A stretch of 64,000 bases of DNA from a bacterium (GTDB lineage Bacteria > Zhuqueibacterota > Zhuqueibacteria > Residuimicrobiales > Krinioviventaceae): assembly GCA_963674595.2 (NCBI GenBank), contig CAXXFV010000008.1, positions 256,001-320,000 on the forward strand. The letters run 5' to 3'. The translations under genes and the position numbers were made by a program. Every line of letters starts with the position of its first letter. The first letter of the stretch is position 1. Positions 56,830 to 64,000 of the stretch are shown one piece after another. Under the pieces are notes generated by a model. It was not told the origin of the DNA. It saw only the letters and a list, made by a program, of their open reading frames with translations, and made no database searches.

Positions 56830-57129
56830 ATGATTAACGAATCTTTCATTGAAGAAGAAAAAATTGATCCTGCCACTTTTCAGGAAGATGTGGAAGAACC
56901 CGAGTTTGAAGAAGAACCTGAAGAACCTGATGAAGATTGGGAGGATGATGTGGATGAAGAATGGAAGCCTGATTCTGAAACTCCTGATACGGAAGAGGTG
57001 GAAGAAGAGGATGAAGATTGGGATGAAGAATATTGGGACGATGACGATGATGTAGAAGAATGGGAAGAATCTGAAGAAGATTGGTTGGAAGGATCTCCCG
57101 AATGGGAAGGTGATAATGATTGGGAATAG
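56830..57129 (+). CDS. Hyper-acidic, Trp-rich small protein of unknown function
   Basis: 99 aa with 56 D/E, 2 K, 0 R and 8 W (hand count); GAGGG SD; on the same strand as its neighbours. Confidence 0.72.
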   Translation: MINESFIEEEKIDPATFQEDVEEPEFEEEPEEPDEDWEDDVDEEWKPDSETPDTEEVEEEDEDWDEEYWDDDDDVEEWEESEEDWLEGSPEWEGDNDWE

Positions 57130-57164
57130 AACCAATTTAAATATTTATTAAGACGATTAACGTA

Positions 57165-57596
57165 TTGTCAGTAAAAAGATTATATCCTGATACTCCACTT
57201 GTCGCAGTTGGTGCGCTTGTTTATAGAGATAATAAAATATTATTAGTAAAAAGAGGACAGGAACCGAATAAAGAAAAATGGTCTATTCCTGGGGGGCTCG
57301 TTGAAACCGGTGAAACTTTAACAGAGGCTGTTCACCGGGAGATTTTTCAGGAATGTAATATTAAAATTGAGCTAAAGCAAAAGCTTGATATATTTGAATA
57401 CATTCAAAAAAATCCAAGAGGTAAGGTTCAATACCATTATGTGATAATAGACTTTATAGCAGAGTATTTAAGCGGAGAACTGAAACCTCAAAGTGATATT
57501 CTTGCTGCTTCGTGGGTTACAAAAAAAGAGTGTAAAAGTATGAACATTACAGAAGGCTTGTTAACACTGGTAAATAAAGCTAAAGAATATTTTTAA
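57165..57596 (+). CDS. Nudix hydrolase (ADP-ribose pyrophosphatase-like)
   Basis: YPDTPLVAVG, WSIPGGLVETGETLTEAVHREIFQEC (variant Nudix box), HYVIIDF. Confidence 0.9.
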   Translation: MSVKRLYPDTPLVAVGALVYRDNKILLVKRGQEPNKEKWSIPGGLVETGETLTEAVHREIFQECNIKIELKQKLDIFEYIQKNPRGKVQYHYVIIDFIAEYLSGELKPQSDILAASWVTKKECKSMNITEGLLTLVNKAKEYF

Positions 57597-57632
57597 CGAA
57601 TATCAAATTTTACTATCTGTGAAAATAATTTT

Positions 57633-57665
57633 GCCCAGACCCTGCATTTTAATTCTGGGCTTTTT
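57633..57665 (+). terminator. Intrinsic terminator after the Nudix gene
   Basis: GCCCAGA...TCTGGGC followed by TTTTT. Confidence 0.65.
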
Positions 57666-57684
57666 CATAATGTAGAAGGTCAAA

Positions 57685-58737
57685 ATGAAAAGTGTTGAAA
57701 AAATACTAGTGATTAAATTACGAGCGATTGGTGATGTTGTTTTATCGACAATTGTGCTTGAAAATCTGAGAGAAGCATTTCCCGTAGCACGCATTGATTT
57801 TTTAACGGAAAAGGCATCCAAAGAAGTTGTATTTGGAAATCCTGTGTTAAATAATGTGTTGATTTATGATAAACGTGCTATATCAAAGATGTCATTTTTT
57901 CGGAGAATAGTCGAAAATATTCGATTTATAAAAACAATCCGAAATTTAAATTATGATTTGGTATTTGATTTTTTTGGAAATCCCCGAAGTGCTTTTTTTA
58001 CTTATGCTTCCGGAGCAAGGGTGCGTATTGGTTATGATTATAACATCAGAAAATGGTGTTATACGAATATTGTCAAATCTCGCGCTAATGAAATTCATGA
58101 GGCCGACTGGCATCTGGACGCTTTAGATGCTCTTGATATCCCCATTCTAACCCGGAGATTGAATTTTGAAGTCGGTATTGGCAGCCAAAATTTTGCTGAT
58201 AATTTCTGGACGCAATCCGGTTTAGATGATAAACGTGTTATTGCCATTCATTTTGCCGGAAGTTGGCCGGCCAAACGATGGGCATTGGACCGTTTTTCTC
58301 ACCTTATTGATCTTTTGGGTGCGCGTTATAAAGCAAAAATTTTAATCAGTTGGGGGCCTGGTGAATTTGATGATGCAAAACGTATTCAGGAAAACGCTGT
58401 TTATCCCAGCACTCTTTTACCGCAGACAGGTTTAAAACAACTTGCTGCAATTTTAAAAAAGGTAGACTTGTTTATTACGTCAGATTCCGGCCCGATGCAT
58501 ATTGCCGCAGCAATGGAAACGCCTTGTGTCGCACTGTTTGGACCAACCAATCCAAAACTACAGGGACCTTATGGAGAAATCCATCAGGTCGTAACTAAAC
58601 CTGGTTTGAATTGTCTTGGCTGCAATAAACTGGAATGCGATCATTTATCATGTATGAAACTCTTAACGGTAAAGGATGTTATTTCCGGAGTTGAACGATG
58701 TGTCCGTAAAAACCATCTTTTTGAAGACCCTGTTTAA
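57685..58737 (+). CDS. GT9 (heptosyltransferase-like) glycosyltransferase
   Basis: ILVIKLRAIGDVV, KRW, DSGPMHIAAA, LFGPT. Confidence 0.93.
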   Translation: MKSVEKILVIKLRAIGDVVLSTIVLENLREAFPVARIDFLTEKASKEVVFGNPVLNNVLIYDKRAISKMSFFRRIVENIRFIKTIRNLNYDLVFDFFGNPRSAFFTYASGARVRIGYDYNIRKWCYTNIVKSRANEIHEADWHLDALDALDIPILTRRLNFEVGIGSQNFADNFWTQSGLDDKRVIAIHFAGSWPAKRWALDRFSHLIDLLGARYKAKILISWGPGEFDDAKRIQENAVYPSTLLPQTGLKQLAAILKKVDLFITSDSGPMHIAAAMETPCVALFGPTNPKLQGPYGEIHQVVTKPGLNCLGCNKLECDHLSCMKLLTVKDVISGVERCVRKNHLFEDPV

Positions 58738-58740
58738 GCC

Positions 58741-59487
58741 ATGTCTAAAATTACTGCATGTATTATTACACAGAATAATGAACAGACAATTATTCCTTGT
58801 TTAGAATCTTTTGCTTGGGCTGATGAAATTGTTGTGATTGATTTAAAAAGTCATGATCAGACAATAGAACTTTGTTCCCGCTTTACAGATAAAATCCATG
58901 TTTTTGAACTTGCACCAGATTTGGATTTGGGCCAAACTGTCCTGAAAACATGCCGGTCGGAATGGATTATATTTATTGATCCGTCTGAGCTATGTTCAGA
59001 TCAGTGGGTTAATGAAATAAAAGACATTCTGAAAAAGAATGATTCCGTTGCTTACTGTCGAGAAAAAGAATATTACCTGAAAAATGTTTTATTTCCGGAT
59101 CACGAACTTTTTCCCAGAAATAAACTGACATTATTTAAATTGGAGTGGATTAAAGGTTTTAAAAACTCTGAATTTTTATTAAAAGAAAATATTAGGTGTG
59201 AAAAATTTTCTTATTATCCCAATGTTCAGGATCAGCTTTCATTAACGGAAATTTTGGAAAGAATAAATAAACTTTCGGCTGTTAAAGCTGTTAAAGATAT
59301 TTCGGTGAAAAAGATTAATTTTTCAGCGTTTCTTTTTCCTCCAACCGGTGTTTTTTTCAATTATTATATATGGAAAAAGTATTTTTTAAAAGGTTTAAGC
59401 GGATTGTTGATTAGCTGGTTAATGGCTTTTTATAAAATGCTTTATGTGATGAAAATTTGGTATCTGCAGAGAAAGGAGCTGAGTTGA
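58741..59487 (+). CDS. Divergent GT2 (WaaE/KdtX-like) lacking the DxD motif
   Basis: CLESFAWADEIVVID retained; IDPSE replaces DADE. Confidence 0.75.
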   Translation: MSKITACIITQNNEQTIIPCLESFAWADEIVVIDLKSHDQTIELCSRFTDKIHVFELAPDLDLGQTVLKTCRSEWIIFIDPSELCSDQWVNEIKDILKKNDSVAYCREKEYYLKNVLFPDHELFPRNKLTLFKLEWIKGFKNSEFLLKENIRCEKFSYYPNVQDQLSLTEILERINKLSAVKAVKDISVKKINFSAFLFPPTGVFFNYYIWKKYFLKGLSGLLISWLMAFYKMLYVMKIWYLQRKELS

Positions 59488-60236
59488 AAAGTTCTGTCTC
59501 TGTCATCGTTATTACGTATAATGAAGAAAAGAATATATACGATTGTCTGAATTCCGTTAAATGGGCAGATGAAATTGTTGTTGTGGATTCAAAAAGCACG
59601 GATAAAACCGTAGATATTGCCAAAAGTTTTACAGATAAAGTATATGAAAAAGAGTGGGAAGGATACGCAGAAAATAAAAATTTTGCTCTTTCCAAAACAA
59701 CATCCGAATGGATTTTATGGTTGGATGCTGATGAACGAGTTACAAATGACCTGGCTCAGGAAATTAAAAAAACAATAAATACTGATTCTGACATTGATGG
59801 ATATGAAATAGCCCGAAAAGCTTTCTTTCTTGGCCGGTGGATAAAACATTGTGGCTGGTATCCCGGATATGTTTTAAGGGTGTTTAAGCGTGAAAATGCC
59901 CGTTTTAGTGATTCCCGCGTCCACGAGGGAGTTGTTCTGAAAGGAACAACTGCGAGATTGAATCATGATCTGTTGCATTTTACAGATGATTCTTTAGAAC
60001 ATTACATGTGGAAATTTAACCGTTACACATCTTTGGCTGCCGATGAACTGGCATCAAGGAACAAATCGGCTGGTATAGGTGCGATAATCGGCCGCCCGAT
60101 TTTTACATTTTTTAAAATGTATTTTTTAAAAAAAGGATTTTTAGACCGGATTGAGGGTTTAATGCTTTGTCTGTTGTCTGCCGGATATGTTGCCATAAAA
60201 TATGCCAAGTTGTGGGAAAAATCCAAAAAAAATTAA
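59484..60236 (+). CDS. GT2 glycosyltransferase (WaaE/KdtX-like)
   Basis: ITYNEE, WADEIVVVDS, WLDADE, GWYP, VHE, GFLD; TTG start after AAGGAG. Confidence 0.92.
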   Translation: MKSSVSVIVITYNEEKNIYDCLNSVKWADEIVVVDSKSTDKTVDIAKSFTDKVYEKEWEGYAENKNFALSKTTSEWILWLDADERVTNDLAQEIKKTINTDSDIDGYEIARKAFFLGRWIKHCGWYPGYVLRVFKRENARFSDSRVHEGVVLKGTTARLNHDLLHFTDDSLEHYMWKFNRYTSLAADELASRNKSAGIGAIIGRPIFTFFKMYFLKKGFLDRIEGLMLCLLSAGYVAIKYAKLWEKSKKN

Positions 60237-60299
60237 AATACTGTTTTAATTTTCCCCAAAAAATATTACTTTGTATAGAATTTATACCAGGAGTGAAAA

Positions 60300-60641
60300 A
60301 TGAACTTTTTGCTTGAAGAAATAGATAACGTTAAAATACTTAGATTACGTGAAGAACGTTTGGACTCAAACATTGCACCTGATCTTAAAACACAACTTCT
60401 TGTCCTGTTGAATAGTGAATCTTCCAAAGTTTTGTTGGATTTGTCCAGCACAACCTATGCCGATAGTTCAGGCCTTGGTGCTATTTTATTGGGACTTCGT
60501 CATTCCAGAGATATTGGGGCCCAATTTGCACTTTTTGGTGCACAAAAACGTGTTAAAAGTTTGCTGCAAATTGCTCATCTGGAAGACGTAATGATGAATT
60601 ATAATGATGAATATGAGGCTCTGGAAAAACTAAAAGATTAA
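60300..60641 (+). CDS. STAS-domain anti-sigma factor antagonist (RsbV/SpoIIAA-like)
   Basis: RLDSNIAPDLK, LDLS..YADSSGLG with the phospho-acceptor Ser. Confidence 0.9.
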   Translation: MNFLLEEIDNVKILRLREERLDSNIAPDLKTQLLVLLNSESSKVLLDLSSTTYADSSGLGAILLGLRHSRDIGAQFALFGAQKRVKSLLQIAHLEDVMMNYNDEYEALEKLKD

Positions 60642-61342
60642 AGTTTGCCGGGCATTTCAATAATACTCCCTGTAATATCATTGGCGGCCGGAGATGCTAA
60701 AAATAAAATCATATCTGCTATTTGTTCCGGCCGGGTCCATTTTGTATCATCCGCATCAGGCATTTCTTTTTTATTTTTCTCTGATAATATAATACCCGGC
60801 GCAATTGTATTAGCCTGAATATTATATTTTTTACCCTCTTCAGCCAATGCTTTCGTTAAAGATATAACCCCCGCTTTAGATACCTGGTAGGCTGCCCGTT
60901 TGGCTTTTGGGGCCAGAGCAGCCATAGCCGTAATGGTGATGATTTTACCGCTTTTAGCGGCCATCATCATTGGTAATATCGCACGACTGCATAGAAATAA
61001 TGACCTCAGGTTCAACGTGATCATTTTATCCCATTCCTGTGCACTCGTTTCCGCAATCAAGTGCCCGCCGGAAAATCCCCCGACAGCGTGCACAAAAATT
61101 GAAACTGTATTAAATTTTTCTTTAATATAATTTATTTTGTCTGAAATATTATTTTCATCCGTAACATCTGCTGATAATGTTACCAGGTTTTGCAGAGGTG
61201 AATTGGAGCCGGACAACACGTCGAGTTTTTTCTCATCACGAGCCATGGCTATTACCCGATAGCCTTTTTCGAGAAATTTTTTAACTAGTATTTGTCCAAG
61301 TGTACCTGTGGCACCTGTGATTAAAACTGTTTTCTCCAACAA
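60638..61342 (-). CDS. Short-chain dehydrogenase/reductase
   Basis: TGATGTLG, YQVSK (YxxxK), NTIAPG; convergent with the STAS gene, 4-nt overlap. Confidence 0.92.
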   Translation of the reverse strand: MLEKTVLITGATGTLGQILVKKFLEKGYRVIAMARDEKKLDVLSGSNSPLQNLVTLSADVTDENNISDKINYIKEKFNTVSIFVHAVGGFSGGHLIAETSAQEWDKMITLNLRSLFLCSRAILPMMMAAKSGKIITITAMAALAPKAKRAAYQVSKAGVISLTKALAEEGKKYNIQANTIAPGIILSEKNKKEMPDADDTKWTRPEQIADMILFLASPAANDITGSIIEMPGKL

Positions 61343-61372
61343 CTCCTCCGGTTAATTAAAAAGAAAATGTTT

Positions 61373-61765
61373 TTAATTTTCGCTTTTGTTGATTTTAAAA
61401 CTTTTGCTTTGCAAAACGTTATTCTGGTTGTCTAAAATATCAACACGCCAATCTCCAAGCCAATAATCGGTCATTCTTTTGGAACTCCAGGTTCGCCATT
61501 CACTGGCTTTTACATTTAATTTGATCCGAGCTTTTTCTTCTCCGTCATAATACCATACATGGGAGATCACTGTTGGTTCTTCAGATCCGGAGAGTTTTGT
61601 GTAACAATATATCCGTTCCGCGTCTACAGAAAAGACCGAGTCAATACCTGCGGGTGTCCTTTCTTCGATTGATGTACAAAAGACCATTTCATCTACTTTT
61701 AATTGCTGTGAATATAAAAGAGTTGTAACAAGTAAAGCCGCTAAAATTATTATTCTTACTTTCAT
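61373..61765 (-). CDS. Exported DUF2914-family protein
   Basis: Signal peptide; HVWY, WRTWSSK, GDWRVDI. Confidence 0.8.
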   Translation of the reverse strand: MKVRIIILAALLVTTLLYSQQLKVDEMVFCTSIEERTPAGIDSVFSVDAERIYCYTKLSGSEEPTVISHVWYYDGEEKARIKLNVKASEWRTWSSKRMTDYWLGDWRVDILDNQNNVLQSKSFKINKSEN

Positions 61766-61825
61766 GACTTTTCTCCTTTAGATGAATTGACCATTTTTAA
61801 CGGTTGCTTAACTTTTCTCCAATTT

Positions 61826-63295
61826 TTATGGATTTATTAAGATTGGTTTTGCATAGTTTTGGTCCATTTTATAAGGCAATTGCCAGACCGAGTCACCTTT
61901 AATATTTGTAAAATAAAGAAATGATTTTGAAAATTCATCTGCATTACCGTCTGCCCAAAAAGCATAAAAATCCGGGTGTGCATGTAACGGTCGCCTGACA
62001 TAGGAATTATTTTGTGTGCTGTTTTGGGTAACATCCCGAATTTTTTTCCATTGTTTGCCTTTATCCGTACTTTGCCACAAAGCGATTTCTCCACCAGTTC
62101 CCCAAAATTGAGGACCGGGTTCGGTCGGCGCTAATATTTGCCAGACGTCCTTTTCCAGGTAAATCGATCCCATGTCGTAATTATGCGTTGAGGTGGTAAT
62201 TTCATGAATGTCCCAAGAGTTCCCGTTCCATCGTACCAGGTTCCAAACTCTGGGAGTACCCTTTGGACCCGGTTCAAAATGTGAACTTGCAATATAAACA
62301 AGCACCGGCGAACCTTCATCATCAATTGCTATGTCTTTGAGATAAACAAGTTTATTTTCAGATTTATAGTCATAAACAAGCGCCGGATTATCAAAGGATT
62401 CCATTGGAAGGGTTAGTTGTTCTCCTTTAATGGTTTGCCATGTTTTACCAAAATCATATGATTGCATAAAATACAGATTGGTTCGCCCATCGACAAAAGT
62501 AAAATCAGGATGCGAGTTAAATGCCGTAATAATGCGGTCTCCTTTCATACAGCTCATTTGATAATGCCCGCCTTTAACAAGTAATTGAGCAGGAGACCAT
62601 TCCCTGCCGTCTGCACTTGTCGAACAGTAAAGTTCTCTTCCGCCGTTTATTTCTTTTGTTGGTTTTGCGTTCGGATCTCTTCCGGTATAGCGAGTAAACA
62701 ACAGACAAAAGCCGTTTTCATCTGACCATATCGGTTGAGGATAGGTAAATTCCCATTCTTTTACTTGTTCAAAAGAATCGATATTATAGGGCTTGCGGCT
62801 TTTGAAAATAATGCCGGTTCTGTTCTTTCCCCGTCCGCTTTTAAAAATCCAGATATATCCATTTTTGTCAATACTTATTGATGGATTATCGTGGGGATCA
62901 TTGACACTTTGTTTTTCATAGACCAGCGTTGGCTTCGGAACAACTTTTTTGTTGTGATCATAATAGGAAACCATAGCACACAGATGACGCTCGTTTTCAT
63001 ACATGGTACCGCCGTACACGAAAAATGTTTTATTGACTTTGGGCGCATAAACAGCCAAAGGATGGTGCTTTGCAGTATATGTTCCCAGCCCGCCTGAATA
63101 TTTGTCGCCATATTCAAGTCTTTGTGTCAGCTCAAACCAGATTCCTTTATATCCATTTATTTTATTATTCGGAGTATATTGATGACATCCTGAAAAGATT
63201 ATCAGATTTATAAAAATTAAGCCGTATAGATAAATTCTAAGCACATTTTGCCTTTCTATTTGTTTATATACCATTTTTCTAGTTTTGATCTGCAT
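61826..63295 (-). CDS. BNR-4 repeat (beta-propeller) lipoprotein
   Basis: Lipobox FSG-C; KYSGGLGTYTAKH, DPHDNP, Asp-boxes SADGREW, SYDFGKTW, STDKGKQW. Confidence 0.82.
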   Translation of the reverse strand: MQIKTRKMVYKQIERQNVLRIYLYGLIFINLIIFSGCHQYTPNNKINGYKGIWFELTQRLEYGDKYSGGLGTYTAKHHPLAVYAPKVNKTFFVYGGTMYENERHLCAMVSYYDHNKKVVPKPTLVYEKQSVNDPHDNPSISIDKNGYIWIFKSGRGKNRTGIIFKSRKPYNIDSFEQVKEWEFTYPQPIWSDENGFCLLFTRYTGRDPNAKPTKEINGGRELYCSTSADGREWSPAQLLVKGGHYQMSCMKGDRIITAFNSHPDFTFVDGRTNLYFMQSYDFGKTWQTIKGEQLTLPMESFDNPALVYDYKSENKLVYLKDIAIDDEGSPVLVYIASSHFEPGPKGTPRVWNLVRWNGNSWDIHEITTSTHNYDMGSIYLEKDVWQILAPTEPGPQFWGTGGEIALWQSTDKGKQWKKIRDVTQNSTQNNSYVRRPLHAHPDFYAFWADGNADEFSKSFLYFTNIKGDSVWQLPYKMDQNYAKPILINP

Positions 63296-63752
63296 CTGTT
63301 TCTTTTTTCAAATAGTTTATAACTTTTATTTCACCGTGCATATTATAAATCGAATTGCCCTGCGCTGTCCATTCTTTAAATCCGCCGGTTAGATTTTTAA
63401 CATTATTATAGCCAATTTCTTTTAAAGAATTAGCCGCCAAAGAAGCACGCCCTCCTGAACGGCAATAGAGGATAATATTTTCATCCGGATTGTCCGTTTT
63501 TAACGGCAGTTTAAATTCAATCATACCGCGTGGTATCCACAAAGCACCGGCAATATGTCCTGCATCATACTCTTCTTTTGTTCGGACATCGATGAGGAGG
63601 TAATCGTTTTTATTCATTTTTTTAAATTCATCAATACTGATATGAGTTGCTTTGGATTTTGCCTCTTTTACAATTTCATTTTTGGTTTTTATTTGTCCAA
63701 ATAGCAGGGATGAAAAGAACAACAGCAGGAGAAAGGATTTGAATAGTTTCAT
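63279..63752 (-). CDS. Exported single-domain rhodanese (sulfurtransferase)
   Basis: Signal peptide; LIDVRT.EEYDAGHIAGA, active-site loop YCRSGGRA, LTGGFKEW. Confidence 0.9.
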   Translation of the reverse strand: MKLFKSFLLLLFFSSLLFGQIKTKNEIVKEAKSKATHISIDEFKKMNKNDYLLIDVRTKEEYDAGHIAGALWIPRGMIEFKLPLKTDNPDENIILYCRSGGRASLAANSLKEIGYNNVKNLTGGFKEWTAQGNSIYNMHGEIKVINYLKKETDADQN

Positions 63753-64000
63753 AAGGGTTTCCTTGTTGAAAACATAAGTGTTATGATTATTTAGACTCTA
63801 ATTAAAAGATAATGTTAAATTGATTTTGATGTGGGAAAAACTGTTTGAATTTTTTTCTGCCATGCATAATCCGGCATTTTATTATAAAGAAAATAACAAA
63901 ATATAATCTCTGTTTAAAGTAATTTTTATGATATTTTTTTTAAAAATTGTTTGAGTGAAAGTGAACCGGCTGGAGTTTTGAGTGAATACCTGAATTTTTA

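Noticed and set aside
56860-57126. Tandem DNA repeat or CRISPR-like periodicity (GAAGAA / GATTGG units)
   Set aside because: The periodicity comes from Glu/Asp/Trp codons; there is no constant repeat-spacer structure and no cas gene
57100-57129. WASP-like acidic motif (DNDWE) suggesting an Arp2/3-activating effector
   Set aside because: No WH2 or polyproline region, no secretion signal and no evidence of host association; the similarity is compositional
63978-64000. Possible plus-strand gene start (TTG AGT GAA TAC...) at the window end
   Set aside because: Only 7 codons are visible and the SD spacing is too short to support a call

Overview
This is core chromosome from an AT-rich, diderm, probably anaerobic bacterium of the FCB superphylum (KSB1/Calditrichota-like). 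That placement is inferred from the RpoA, SecY and GlyA styles and from gene order, and is not verified. In order, the window holds: the end of the S10 operon plus the spc and alpha ribosomal operons; hutU-hutI; a lipoprotein/FadL-like barrel/TPR trio (candidate BamH-BamG locus); rpiB-glyA-nrdR; rnfCDGEA with no rnfB; tatC, a PHP protein and a RACo/ASKHA protein; a candidate three-hairpin sRNA; an M24 peptidase and an MBL hydrolase; vorCBA; radical SAM fusion-rng-rplU-rpmA; gatC-pyrG-kdsA-(three envelope genes)-kdsD-lptC-lptA-like-lptB; rpoN-hslVU-argF; a glycosyltransferase cluster interrupted by a hyper-acidic Trp-rich protein plus a Nudix gene; a STAS protein; and four minus-strand genes. 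I found no mobile elements, CRISPR arrays, tRNA or rRNA. Seven single-base indels in homopolymer runs split rnfC, rnfD, tatC, the PHP gene and a GT4 gene, and are most likely long-read assembly errors. The best leads are the acidic Trp-rich protein/Nudix unit, the putative BamG/BamH pair, a KdsA with both A5P-specificity motifs altered, the anti-SD-loop sRNA, and the envelope cassette inside the Kdo/Lpt operon. All calls come from reading the sequence by eye; no database searches were run.
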